This document shows, piece after piece, positions 10,478 through 21,613 of a DNA stretch of 64,000 bases. The DNA comes from Naegleria gruberi (Eukaryota): assembly GCA_000004985.1 (NCBI GenBank), contig GG738861.1; one strand, written 5' to 3'. A model generated the notes under the pieces. The model ran no database searches. It was given only the letters and a program-made list of their open reading frames with translations, and was not told where the DNA came from. Position numbers and translations under genes: made by a program. The stretch's first letter is position 1. Each line of letters starts with the position of its first letter.

Positions 10478-11968
10478 TTAAATTTCTTCTCTCGATTCTG
10501 ATTGTTTTAAGTAAGGAGTTCCAAGAATCTTACACTTAATCTTATCATAGAGGGAGAGAATAGGTGTGGACAGTGTCTTTTTAAGCTTGTCAATGAAGAG
10601 ATTGTCCATGTGGTGTTTGTGTTCAGTTCTCCAACCGTGAGCCCACCAAAACAAGACACCAATTAAAATAGAACCACCAATAGTATTACCAATAGTTACT
10701 GGAAGCATGTTACCAATCAAAAAGTCATAGACAGTAATTGGGGAACCATACCTATGATTATTATGATTAAAAATAAATAATTATTAATTATTAAAAATAT
10801 TAATTTTTAAAATTAAATTAGTAAAAATAAATTAAATTGTTACTAAAATTAAATAAATAGAAACTTACATCATCGCTAAAGGTATAAAGAAACCATTTGC
10901 AATGGAGTGTTCAAAACCTGATGAAACGAAAGCCAAAATTGGTAAGAACAAACCAACAACCTTATCTGTAATTTTTTTAGAACCATACGTAGTATAAACA
11001 GCTAGACCTACAAGCCAATTACAAGCAATAGCCAGTACAAAATTCCCCCAAAATCCTCTAAACGCCTTCTTCTCTCCAAAGTGAATTGCATAGTCTACAT
11101 AGGCAGCTCTAGTTGATTCTTCAATATCGTGAGCTGGGGTTGGTAAATACATGAAAAAGTAGGCAACAGCCAAAGCACCAAGCAAGTTAAAAATCAAACT
11201 GGTTGTCCAATTTCTAACAAGGTCATATGGATTAATTTTACCTCTCAATAAGGCAGCCATCAAAGTCATGGTATTACCAGTATAAAGTTCTGAACCAGTC
11301 AACAAGACCAATGTCAAACCAACTGAGAAAATACCAGAGAAAAACAATTTGGTCAATCCAGGATTTTCCTTTTCAAGACCAGGCATATTACCACCAGTCT
11401 TAAGGGCAGCAATAGAACCAATACCAATGAATGCACCACCAAGAAATGAAAGGATAATCAATTGATCGAGAGTCTTACCGACCTTCTTCATACCAATCTT
11501 GGTCATGATTTTTTGACGAGAGTGAGGATTACAACGAATGAGTCTATCTTCTTCTTCCATTTCCTTTCTTTGTTGCTCTTCTTGCATTTCCTTCTCTGTT
11601 CTTTTACGTTCAAGTGCTATCTTCTTCTCTTGAGCAGTTTGAACTCTATGTCCCATTTTCACTTTATAATGATCTGCATCAACTGAGTGAGTCAACACTT
11701 CCTTTTCACTTGGTTCAAAGAAACCAGGTCCACCAATTTCATCTTCTTCTCCTTCTTCCAAAATTTCATCTTCAAATTCATTAGTTGCCTTCTTTGTTGT
11801 TTTTTGTTCTTGAATGGTAGCCATCAAAGTTAGAATAGTTTGCTCATAGAGTTGCACTTTCTGATTGAGCATTTCCAAAGTGAGAGGTTGATTAGCATTA
11901 TTAGGAGTTGTTGGTGTTGAAACAGATTGATTGCCATTGGCAACAGTGTTTAAAGCTCTATTGTTCAT
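10478..11968 (-). CDS. Formate/nitrite transporter (FNT) family channel with a ~150-aa charged, coiled-coil N-terminal extension. Two exons with an intron at about 10752..10868.
   Basis: Six-TM FNT core: ...LIILSFLGGAFIGIG..., ...FSGIFSVGLTLVLLTGSELYTGN..., ...LAIACNWLVGLAV..., ...SSGFEHSIANGFFIPLAMM. A GTAAGT donor follows ...AMM. After a tcatag acceptor the reading continues YGSPITVYDFLIGNMLPVTIGNTIGGSILIGVLFWWAHGW. The ORF-track start 11986 is a TTG. The first ATG is MNNRALNT at 11968. Confidence 0.7.
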
Positions 11969-12579
11969 ACCTATAATTGTCAACAATTAATTTCCATATA
12001 TTTTCCAAAAGAGAGCGTAATGATGTGATGATAATTGATTTGTAGAGGGGCAATAACAATAATAATCAAATTGGATGAATATTTCAGATAGTGATGAAAG
12101 ATATTTTGTGTGATGATATTGACCGGCATGCCGTTAAAAGGAAATAGAGTTTCATCAACGTTTCAAACCATGATGATGATAATAACAACTACTTACGATT
12201 ATCTAACAACTCCATATTGCTGCTGATACTGCTATATGACATGTTTGTGATGATTCAAAAATGTTCTCTACAGAGGGTGGGTAGTGAATTTTGTGTGTAG
12301 ATGATAGTGTTGGTTGGTTGGGTTTGTGGAGGAGGGTATTATTATCTTCTCTCTGTTCCAGCACAGCGCAGTTCGTTACTTGCTTGCACAGATTTTGTTT
12401 TTTATTTCAAATTTTTAATTTAAAAAATTCAAACAAAATATAACCTGCCTTCCAAATGCGCGAATCGCTACATGTTTAGGACTATGGCCATGTTAGGAAT
12501 GCTGAGATTCTTTCACTATTTTTGAGGAATTTGATGCAAGCCGAAAAGGTTGTGTTTATTATTGTGTGAGGAAACGTCT

Positions 12580-14544
12580 TTATAATTGAATTCTCTTCTT
12601 TTTGGTTTCAGGTGTTGGTACTGTTGAAAGACTTCTCTTTTGGCCACTTTCTAATAGACTATTCCAGCTCCTAATTTGACGAGTGGTTTCTTCAGAGTCA
12701 AGGGTCTTGATTATGCCCATAAAGAAGTGATCAATTGCCTTGGTAAAGTAGGAGGATGATTTCATATTTAAGCAATGAGAAAAGTGGTGAATGTCGTATG
12801 GCTTTAAATCTAGATTGGAAGGAAGTGTGTTTCTGCTCCACTCTGCGAGTGTTTCCAAAATATTAGTAGCAAGACTGACACTTTCATTTTCCAAGAAGGT
12901 GGAATAGGTTTCAGAAAATGAGCTCATCAAATCTTGTTTGAATGTTTGACTTGAAAGAGCATTAGGGTTAGCGTAGAGTTCATACACAAATTTCAAAACA
13001 GTTTGGATAACATCTGCTTTCTCAGTCGAGTACTTGTAAACTGTATCATTCCAATTCAATAAATTGTATTCATAGAGTGGTTTTAAAAGTACATTCCAAT
13101 TTTCCTTTAGGAACTTTATATCGATGAGAAATTCATTCGATATTACATCAGAAAGAAGGCATCTAGAATAGTGGAAGAGTGGTCCACATGATTTGCACTG
13201 TGTCAGGGCATTTAGGTATGGTTTTAATTCAGAATTAACCATATCATGATAGCTATCTTCAGCATAGTAAAAGAATGGATTCCTCAAGAATTTCATCTTG
13301 CAAGAATATATTGGATTTGTGTTAAAGAAGATGAAATCCAAGAGATGGTTAAACTTTGAGGGTGTATAATCCTCCTTAGAAAAACTGTCAACTCGAAAGT
13401 CAACATCATCCATAGATGATAAAGCCTCAGCATTAAATGAATCAACCAGAATATCATAATTGATCAAACTTCTCTCATTGACAGCATCAATAATGAGAAT
13501 AGTCTCAATTGATTGTAAAACTGATATTGTACTGGTATTGAATGAAACTGTTGTTTTGAGTGAGGTTACTATATCATCATCTTCTTCATCTTCACCTGCT
13601 CCGTTTACAGTTGTGTAATCCTGATTATCGTCATCATATTCAATGAAATCATCCATATCACTATCCTCTTCATCGTCATCTGGTAGTTGAATTTGTGATT
13701 CGCTTGTGTCTAATGCAGAAAGTGAAAATACTTGTGAATTAACAGGTCCACCAGCTGTATTGGAAAGTTGAGGGATTACAAAATTATTTTCAACAGTTGT
13801 GTTTGGCCAACCAATTACTAAATTCTTGATGAGTGGCTGAATATTATTAAATGTTTGATTGGCTGCTGATTTAAAAACTGCTGGGGTTGGAGGAAAGGCA
13901 TCAAAATTATCCATCAATAATCCTGATGATGGTGTTGATGGCATTATCATCTTATTAAATCCACTACTATTTCTTGTTTGTGCTAGTTTTTTAAGAACAA
14001 ATTCCATCTCTGAAATTGTTAATCCTAGTAATTCCACAGATTGAATGTGAGTATTAGGTCCAATCAAAGGATTATTGTCACACAGATTTTCCAAGAGTGC
14101 CAGAGGAAAATTAATATTCAATTCCGACTTGGATGTAGATTGATAGCTTTGTGGTGTATTTTGTGCTGTTGTGACTATAGTATCGGATTGAACATTAACT
14201 CCATTGATGATTTTCTTGTGCTTGGAAAATGTTAAAAGTGAAATTGAAGCCTTTCCTTGATAAATTTCCTCTCTAATATCCATGATCGTTTCACTCCACT
14301 CTTTACTGACCAATTTAAAGTAGAACAAGGCTGGACATATTGGAAGGAAGGATAAGATATTCTTTAAATTATTTCGTATAATACAGCTCGGATCACTAGA
14401 TTCCTCCTGGGTGATACTCGTCAAGACAAATGCTGAAATATCACTCAGACTTTGAGTATTGATTGGTGTGGAAGGAAACAGGGTTTGTCTGCTTTCCGAA
14501 GGAGTTTCAAGATCAAAGGCTGCATCCAGAGAAAATGGATTCAT
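12580..14544 (-). CDS. Hypothetical 654-aa protein with a possible N-terminal F-box-like motif and an acidic stretch.
   Basis: Single long ORF with an ATG start. LKNILSFLPICPALFYFKLVSKEWSETI resembles an F-box. An acidic DDDEEDSDMDDFIEYDDDNQD block follows. Nothing else recognisable. It shares a ~2-kb divergent intergenic region with the FNT gene. Confidence 0.35.
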   Translation of the reverse strand: MNPFSLDAAFDLETPSESRQTLFPSTPINTQSLSDISAFVLTSITQEESSDPSCIIRNNLKNILSFLPICPALFYFKLVSKEWSETIMDIREEIYQGKASISLLTFSKHKKIINGVNVQSDTIVTTAQNTPQSYQSTSKSELNINFPLALLENLCDNNPLIGPNTHIQSVELLGLTISEMEFVLKKLAQTRNSSGFNKMIMPSTPSSGLLMDNFDAFPPTPAVFKSAANQTFNNIQPLIKNLVIGWPNTTVENNFVIPQLSNTAGGPVNSQVFSLSALDTSESQIQLPDDDEEDSDMDDFIEYDDDNQDYTTVNGAGEDEEDDDIVTSLKTTVSFNTSTISVLQSIETILIIDAVNERSLINYDILVDSFNAEALSSMDDVDFRVDSFSKEDYTPSKFNHLLDFIFFNTNPIYSCKMKFLRNPFFYYAEDSYHDMVNSELKPYLNALTQCKSCGPLFHYSRCLLSDVISNEFLIDIKFLKENWNVLLKPLYEYNLLNWNDTVYKYSTEKADVIQTVLKFVYELYANPNALSSQTFKQDLMSSFSETYSTFLENESVSLATNILETLAEWSRNTLPSNLDLKPYDIHHFSHCLNMKSSSYFTKAIDHFFMGIIKTLDSEETTRQIRSWNSLLESGQKRSLSTVPTPETKKKRIQL

Positions 14545-14869
14545 TTTTTTTGAATTTAATTTTTATTTAGTTGCGTTTTTTGGCAATTTCTATTTGTTTG
14601 TGGGCGAATTGGATTGTGATGTTTCTTTGTGTTTCCAATAACCGTTTTGTTTTTTTGAAATATCTTTTGAGCAAAAGTAGAAGCAAAAACCTGCAATCAA
14701 TACTGCAAATAAATCTTGATAATCATGTCTGTTCATTCTTTTTTTTTGATTTGCTTTCTTTATTCATTCAAATCTTTCCTTAGAACAAACTGATTGGAAT
14801 TTGGTCAACTGGAATGAACAAGAAAAGAACAAGAGCTTGTATAAAAATAGAACAATGAAAAGTTTACAA

Positions 14870-16426
14870 CTATTGAGATTCTTTATTAACATCAAACGTT
14901 GGTATTTTAGCTCTGTTTTTAACTGTTTTGGATCTAAAGGCATGAGCATGATCAGAATTATCTAGTTCAATGGTTCTTGATCTAACCTTTCGGCATGCTT
15001 GAAGAAACACTTGTTCAACATCTAAAGGATTCTGACATGAGACTTCCATGAATAAGCAGTTTTCTCCCAGAGATTGTTGATATTGTTCTCCCTCATCGTA
15101 GCTTACTTGTCTTTTGTTTTCACTCACTCCACACAATGAGTATTCAAATTGGGAGTAGATGGATGGCTTTCTAGATATTGGACTAGGTCCATATATTGGT
15201 AAACTTGCAGGAAGGTCATAACTGCTACTATTCGAATGGCCAAATCCATAATAGAAACCATGCATTCCAAAAGAGCCTGGTGAATTCGATATATTGAGTT
15301 CGGATAATGACTTGACTGATGTGTCGTGGTCTTTTTTCGTTCCAACAAGCATTATAGTTGGTTGAAATGAATAGTTGAATGATGATCTCTTAGAGGAGGA
15401 TAGAAAAGCCCTTAGAGAGCTTCTATTCGAAAGAGATTCATCTTGGTCCTTAAAATATTTGATCAATTGAGATTCAATAACAAGTTGCTTAAGCTCCTCA
15501 TACCTTTGGACTACTGACTCAAAGGAGGAGTGATCTGATATAGAATAAACCAGAAAAATAATTACATTGGAAGCAAATATCGTTTCAGGATTCAAACTAA
15601 TTCGTTTGCTCTTAGGTTTTGGACTTATGTGCGAAATGATGGAATCTCTGAGACATTTTTGCATAAATTCTGAAGGGACTTGACTCGTGTTAAGGGTTGT
15701 ATTTACATTTTGGGTTGGTGGATTTTCTTCTGTTGAGATTATTCTTTCTTCATTCTCAATAGCATCCACACATTGGGCAGGAAGAGAGGAAAAGGAAGAA
15801 CTTTCGGCAGGAAAAGAGCCTGTCAATACCGTATTGAAATTCGAAACCTTTGTTTCATCATCAAGTGTTGATGTACTGTTAGTGTATTGAGAGGCGACAC
15901 TTTCATGATCATTTTCCTCCTCTTCCTTCAACAACACACTTCCTGAAGAATCTAAAATATGCAACATGTACTGTTTCCCATCGACAGTTAGTGTCTTTTT
16001 GAATTGATCTTCAATTGTTGGATGGTAAACATCAATAAATTCTCCCTTAATGAATTGAGAACTGAGAGCACTCTTTCCAACATTATTGGCTCCCAATAGC
16101 AATACCTTTACGTCCATTGGCTCTAACGAATTTGAACTATTCAAGAATAAACTCGATTGAAAATCCAAACAACCACATTGAATCTCCTCTCGTTGCTGAC
16201 GATGAGCATTCAGAGTGGGTGTACGTTGTGATTGTTGGTATTGTCTTGGGGTGGCCAACCTTTCAAACGATCCTCTATCACGATGTTCGTTTGTTGGAAT
16301 CAATTTGAAAGATTGTTTCAGGCTTGCCAATCCCTTCTTCATTGAATTTAAGGTTTTCCTACATTTTTCTTGAAAGTTATTTGCTCCCTCCGAAGAAGAT
16401 AGAGAAGGAGAGGATTTTTGATTCAT
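14870..16426 (-). CDS. Divergent Ras-superfamily GTPase-like protein. The G domain is split by a ~100-aa insertion and followed by a long C-terminal extension.
   Basis: Canonical G1 and effector region: KVLLLGANNVGKSALSSQFIKGEFIDVYHPTIEDQFKKTLTVDGKQYMLHILD. G3 is DSSGS rather than DTAGQ. G4 is LVGTKKD rather than NKxD. An insertion rich in S/T/E/N separates G3 from G4. There is no C-terminal CAAX motif. Confidence 0.6.
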   Translation of the reverse strand: MNQKSSPSLSSSEGANNFQEKCRKTLNSMKKGLASLKQSFKLIPTNEHRDRGSFERLATPRQYQQSQRTPTLNAHRQQREEIQCGCLDFQSSLFLNSSNSLEPMDVKVLLLGANNVGKSALSSQFIKGEFIDVYHPTIEDQFKKTLTVDGKQYMLHILDSSGSVLLKEEEENDHESVASQYTNSTSTLDDETKVSNFNTVLTGSFPAESSSFSSLPAQCVDAIENEERIISTEENPPTQNVNTTLNTSQVPSEFMQKCLRDSIISHISPKPKSKRISLNPETIFASNVIIFLVYSISDHSSFESVVQRYEELKQLVIESQLIKYFKDQDESLSNRSSLRAFLSSSKRSSFNYSFQPTIMLVGTKKDHDTSVKSLSELNISNSPGSFGMHGFYYGFGHSNSSSYDLPASLPIYGPSPISRKPSIYSQFEYSLCGVSENKRQVSYDEGEQYQQSLGENCLFMEVSCQNPLDVEQVFLQACRKVRSRTIELDNSDHAHAFRSKTVKNRAKIPTFDVNKESQ

Positions 16427-17090
16427 TATTATTAATCAGTTAATGAGTTTCAATGATGAGGTAATGAATCAGTTATTTTCTTTTTTTGAATGGTCAATCA
16501 ATTGCCTCCAAATTATAATTAGCCTTAGTGCTTCTCTGAACAAGTAGTAAAAACAACTCAAAGAATAAATTGGCGGTAAGAAATCTGATAAAAACTCGAG
16601 TGGCGCCAATTCAGTTACTTTTTTTTTTCATTGTTCTTTAGTGCCGTTGTTTGAAATCCAATGATGAGAGAACAACATCCATTTGGAAAGAGAATAATAA
16701 TGAACAACATCCTTCAAGTATCTCAAGTATCGTTCATACACTCCCTCCAGCAATGGCAAGAGTTTCAATCAGGCACACTTCTACCTCTGGGCATTGGTTT
16801 AAAAAAGAGCTTTTCTCAATCCCATTATAGTTCTATCCAAATGTTGCTTTATAATTGGTGCTTCATCTCTCTCATCTCACCATCATGAACATCTAAAGCT
16901 CATACTTCTCCAAAATGTACTTACATCATCCACCCAAAAGATAAAGTACTCACCATTACTCATCATCGTAATCATGCTCTCTATCTTGTTACCCATGATG
17001 ATGATGATGTATGCAAGATCATTACGATTCGGAAGGTAAAAAGGTAGCTGATGCGAATTTTATAATTTTTTTAAAATCATCACAAAAAAA

Positions 17091-18152
17091 ATGGCTCTCG
17101 CATCACTCAAATATTCACTCGGATCGTCGGCTATCAAGCAATGGGACTCTGTTCAGAAGAACTTTTATGAGAAGGTTTGGAAAAACGAAGAAAAATTCTA
17201 CACCTATGTTGGAATTTTTGTTGGAGCTTTGATTTTAATCGGATTATTTTTGATTATTGCATTTTCAGGTGCTGGATCATCTGGTGTAGTCAAGTTTGAT
17301 CCATATCAAGTGATGGGATTGGATAAGAATTGTACTGATAAAGAAGTTAAGAGTCAATTCCGTAGATTGTCAAGAACTATGTAAGTTTATAATGTTAAAT
17401 TTGACATTTTTGACATTTTAAATAGGCACCCTGACCGTAACACTCAAGATGAACCAGAAGTTGCCAAACAAAAGTATCTCCAAATCAAGGAATCACAAGA
17501 CATTTTGTTGAATCAAAAGAGACGTAAGAATTTTGATGAACATGGAGATCCTGATTGGGTTGACCTCTTTGATTATGAAACTTATCCTGATATTTTGATG
17601 AATCCTGGAAAACCATTCGTTCTTTACACTACTTTCATTGCTGTTTTGTTCGGAGCTGTTCTTCCATTATCCTTCTTTGTTTTGCACCCAGCTTTGGAAG
17701 ATCCACCAGAATGGTTGACTGAAATTATTTTTGATACTATCAAGAGAGCTGAAAATGATTTGTCAAACGAAAATCTTGATTCTTCTTTGGAAAATTTGAA
17801 ACAAGCTGATGAATTGTGGAATGCTTTAATTAAGAGCTTCCCTGCTTATAGAAAATCTGTTTGGTGTGTCTTGATTGAAATCCGTATTGCTTGTAGACGT
17901 GCTCAATGCCAACTCTTCAAGGCATCAAACCTCAAGTCAAACACTAAGGAATTCCAAGATTTGATTAAAGAAACCACCCAAATGATGAAGACTACCAAGG
18001 ATCTTAATAATACTGTCCTCAAGACTTCCCAAACCAGAAAGGAAACCTTTGCTGTCATTTCACCATACTTGAAGGATGTCAAGAATATGATTGACAATAC
18101 TGACTTGAGAGGAAATATTAGAGATTTGGAAACACTTTTGACCACTTTTTAA
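17091..18152 (+). CDS. Membrane-anchored DnaJ (J-domain) protein. Two exons with an intron at about 17381..17424.
   Basis: Exon 1 encodes a TM helix (YVGIFVGALILIGLFLIIAF) and then the J-domain start DPYQVMGLDKNCTDKEVKSQFRRLSRTM. A GTAAGT donor follows. After an aaatag acceptor the reading continues HPDRNTQDEPEVAKQKYLQIKESQDILLNQKRRKNFDEHGDPDW, with the HPD tripeptide and helices III/IV. A C-terminal ~200-aa region has hydrophobic segments. Confidence 0.7.
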
Positions 18153-18283
18153 TTTATTAAATTAATTTATTCAATACTGATTTTATCTCTATGTTCGGTC
18201 ACGAATTGCCTTCTTTTCAATTAGAAATCTCGTATTATTTGAACTAATATATTTATCAATGAATTCAAATAATTTATTCACAT

Positions 18284-21094
18284 TTATTTCCTCAAAGAAT
18301 GTCCAATAATTAGGGATCCAACAAGAATTGCTGCTGACAAAATCCAAATATTAAATCTACCATCTCTTTCCTGTTTAGCTCTTTCTTCTTTAACCCTGGT
18401 AGCTTCAATAGATGCCTGACTGACAGGAGGTTCTGCATTCTTTGGAGTGGCTAATGTTAAAGCAGGATAATTGGTAAGGCTTCCCATAGAACCAAATGAA
18501 AGTGCAAGATAGGATGGTTTATCACGCAAGAGGTGAGCCAAAACTTCAGTTTGAGGCATTGGTGGAGGAATAGCATACTTCACACCCTTTACCTTCTTCT
18601 TCAAATAATCAACAGCGAGAGCCTTTTGAATGAATAAATGTTCATCAAAGAGTGTTTCAAAACGATATTTCAATCTAAGGTTAGGAACATTTGACTGACG
18701 AATGTCGTTACGACCAAATAATCTGGTTGTACCTAACCAATACTTTTTGAACACATCTTCAAATCCTGATTGGATGACAGAATTTCTAGCAATTTCACAC
18801 AAATCAACATTTGACAAGTGGTAAACCTGAGCAGCAATAGAATATTCTTCCATTAAAGGTTCACGAGTAAAGTGGAACATGAGAGGATCATCTGTGGAGA
18901 GTGTAACATTGAGACCTCTTTGGAAAAATTGTGGGAATGGGTTCTTTTCGTAGGACAAGAAGAGTGAATTGTTGGAGAGTGGAGACATGGCCAAACCAAT
19001 TTGTGAAAGGTAGTATAAATATTGGAGAACTGGAGCCTTTCTCAATTCAATACCGTGGTTAATTTCATCAGAAAGGAGGTAGGCACTAACCAAGTGAGAA
19101 GCACTTCCAGCCTCACCAGCATGAGGTCTAATAGCAAAGGTATTCATACCCTTTGACTTTCTGTAAGCATTCAAAACTTTAAGATTGGCATAAAAGTAAT
19201 AAGAATAGTAGGCATATGGTGGATTTTCATCATTGGTCCATTCATCTGGTGAAGGTAAATCAAGATGGAATCTTGGTTCTGGCTTACTTTCATCATCAAC
19301 AGAGTCAAAACCAACAATAATACCCAAGAAGGTGCTCAATTCAGGATATTTTTCTGGTGATCTAGTTGCTTCAAAAAGTGGGTCAAAGATATTCTTTAAC
19401 ATTTGTTCAAAATTAGTAATTGACTTGAATTCCTTGTGAATATTGTAGAGACGAGGGATTTGAATAAGCCATCTAATATTATCACTGAACATTTTAAATT
19501 TACAAATCCATTTAGCAAGTGAATACCATTCGTCCTTTTGCTTACCATAGATTGACACTCTTGGTTCGGCGTGTTGATATCTAGAATCTTCCAAATCTTT
19601 GAAAATTTCCTTATTCATTTCAGCAAAGTATTTTCCTTCAATGAGATTGTCAGTCTTTAAGAAAATTTCTCTCAATCTAGATTGACCAAATGGTGAATAT
19701 TTCAAGTTAAACTTGTCAAATCTGTGCATAGTTTGAGACTTGTCAACGTGTACATCAAGTGTGTCAACTGAAAGATCGTATGGTGTCATGTTCAAACTCT
19801 TAAAGACCTCTGAAAGAGTCAATTGTTTACCATCTCTTACAATGACAACTTCATCTGGACATTGCTTGAGTTTGGTTTTGATAAATCTCAACAAGTGCTT
19901 TTGATTAGCCATGGATGACAAGTGCAAGTGACCGTCAACCTTTCTGACATTGTACCAATCTCTGTGTGGAACCATTTTTTGAGTCTTGACTTCTTCAAAT
20001 TGCTTCAACTTCTTGTATAAGGTAAATTTAAGTTCCAAAGCAGTCAATCTAGTGTAACAGAAAGATTTAGTTGGAGCATCGTACATGATATTTGAAAGGA
20101 ATCTATAATCTCTGAAATGGTCCTCAAAAGAAACAGGAGGGTAGAATTCTCTTCCAGCACCATTCTTGACATAATAGACACCCTTTCTACATTCAAAAAA
20201 TTCATTAGTCGAAGGATAACGTTTACAGGATTCTGCATCATTTGGATCGAATGGTGCATGTACAGTTGACCCAACATTTTGTTGACCTCTAGAATGCAAT
20301 AAAAGATCATCTTCATCAACATTTCCAATAAAATCATCCTTGCTGTAGAAACAATTCCAAGGACGATATTCCTTTTTTTCATCCTCAGAAAATTCTCCCA
20401 CTTGATGTTTTCTTCTCATATCCAAAACTTTGTATAAATCACGACAAACTTGAACTATTTCTTCACTAATGTATTCTTCTGCAAAACAAGCTTCCTTTGC
20501 TTTGATTTGTTCCAACATTGATGCATCATCTTCATAGTGGAGGTCTTCCAAATTAGAGGTAAAAGTGTCTTCACTGTGTGGAAGAACCTGAACAGCAGGA
20601 GTGATCGGAATTGCAATATTTACATTGGGTGTTGGTGTCATGATAACATTATCAGCAAAAGTAGGGAAGGGTGTAAGGGTGGATCCTTGTCCTGGTATTG
20701 GAGTTCCTCCTGAGATCTTCCTCTTTTGTTTTTCTTCCAATTCTTCTGCTGCTTGTTGAACTGCAACAGGATTTGGAATGAAACTATGCTCAACCATAGT
20801 TGAGAGTGGTGTTGTCAAGTTTGTATCAAAATTTGATGATGATCTAGAAACTTCCAATTTACTCTTTTTCCTACCAGCACCTCCTTCTAACAAATGTCTA
20901 GCCATATTTGCTGATGTTGGAGGTGGTTTAGCAGTTGTGATAGAAAGACTTGGTTTGCCATTAGTTGTTGTAATTGTATCTTCTGGAGAGTGAGGAGGAG
21001 AGAATGGAGAATGTGGAAGATCATAGACTTCAAATTCTTCCTCTTCTTCTTCTTCTTCGTGTTCCTCTACAATTTCAGGAATGGTAGTTTGCAT
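18284..21094 (-). CDS. AMP deaminase. Single 936-aa exon.
   Basis: Conserved AMPD catalytic core, including ...AIRPHAGEAGSASHLVSAYLLSDEINHGIELRKAPVLQYLYYLSQIGLAMSPLSNNSLFLSYEKNPFPQFFQRGLNVTLSTDDPLMFHFTREPLMEEYSIAAQVYHLSNVDLCEIARNSV... and HLHLSSMANQKHLLRFIK. The N-terminal region is low-complexity and acidic. Confidence 0.9.
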   Translation of the reverse strand: MQTTIPEIVEEHEEEEEEEEFEVYDLPHSPFSPPHSPEDTITTTNGKPSLSITTAKPPPTSANMARHLLEGGAGRKKSKLEVSRSSSNFDTNLTTPLSTMVEHSFIPNPVAVQQAAEELEEKQKRKISGGTPIPGQGSTLTPFPTFADNVIMTPTPNVNIAIPITPAVQVLPHSEDTFTSNLEDLHYEDDASMLEQIKAKEACFAEEYISEEIVQVCRDLYKVLDMRRKHQVGEFSEDEKKEYRPWNCFYSKDDFIGNVDEDDLLLHSRGQQNVGSTVHAPFDPNDAESCKRYPSTNEFFECRKGVYYVKNGAGREFYPPVSFEDHFRDYRFLSNIMYDAPTKSFCYTRLTALELKFTLYKKLKQFEEVKTQKMVPHRDWYNVRKVDGHLHLSSMANQKHLLRFIKTKLKQCPDEVVIVRDGKQLTLSEVFKSLNMTPYDLSVDTLDVHVDKSQTMHRFDKFNLKYSPFGQSRLREIFLKTDNLIEGKYFAEMNKEIFKDLEDSRYQHAEPRVSIYGKQKDEWYSLAKWICKFKMFSDNIRWLIQIPRLYNIHKEFKSITNFEQMLKNIFDPLFEATRSPEKYPELSTFLGIIVGFDSVDDESKPEPRFHLDLPSPDEWTNDENPPYAYYSYYFYANLKVLNAYRKSKGMNTFAIRPHAGEAGSASHLVSAYLLSDEINHGIELRKAPVLQYLYYLSQIGLAMSPLSNNSLFLSYEKNPFPQFFQRGLNVTLSTDDPLMFHFTREPLMEEYSIAAQVYHLSNVDLCEIARNSVIQSGFEDVFKKYWLGTTRLFGRNDIRQSNVPNLRLKYRFETLFDEHLFIQKALAVDYLKKKVKGVKYAIPPPMPQTEVLAHLLRDKPSYLALSFGSMGSLTNYPALTLATPKNAEPPVSQASIEATRVKEERAKQERDGRFNIWILSAAILVGSLIIGHSLRK

Positions 21095-21613
21095 TGTTTA
21101 TAATCAAAATTGTGTGTTTATAAATTCTTGATGTTGTTCTGCAGTAGTAATAGTGAGGAGGAGATTGCAATATGGGATTCAAAATTTTCTCTCTTCCAAA
21201 AAACTGCTAGGGTTAAAGTGTTGTTGTTTTTTTTTTAAAAAAATTGATTGAGGAGGGCACAAAGAACATTACTCAGGTTCATAAAGCTAAAAACTTTCAT
21301 CGCCAAGTTTGTGAGTCGAACAAATTAATATTGTGGGTGATGAGAAGATTGGTTGGTACAGAGTGTGGTTAGGGTTCCCAATTGAATAAGTTTATGAAAG
21401 GTTTGGTTCATGTAAATTGTTGAATGTAGTGGGTGTATTTTGATTGAATTGACAATATGCGAAATTTTAGTTTGATAAGAGAGTGATGATTACTGTAGGA
21501 CAATGCATGATTGTTCAACACACAACAATGGAAGGTGAATAAATATCTGCAAATAGGGCAAAATGCTTTTCTCATATTAGTCGCTCATTGTAATTGCTAA
21601 ACAGAATGCATTC

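Noticed and set aside
17381-17470. Apparent +1 frameshift inside the J-domain, between the HPD motif and helix III, suggested by my character-level reading (gaagtttgcc).
   Set aside because: The supplied ORF track starts the downstream ORF at the TTG at 17505, not at an ATG I read at 17448. That is only consistent with the HPD frame continuing unbroken into AKQKYLQIKESQ.... So I probably misread a T homopolymer. I treat the J-domain gene as intact.
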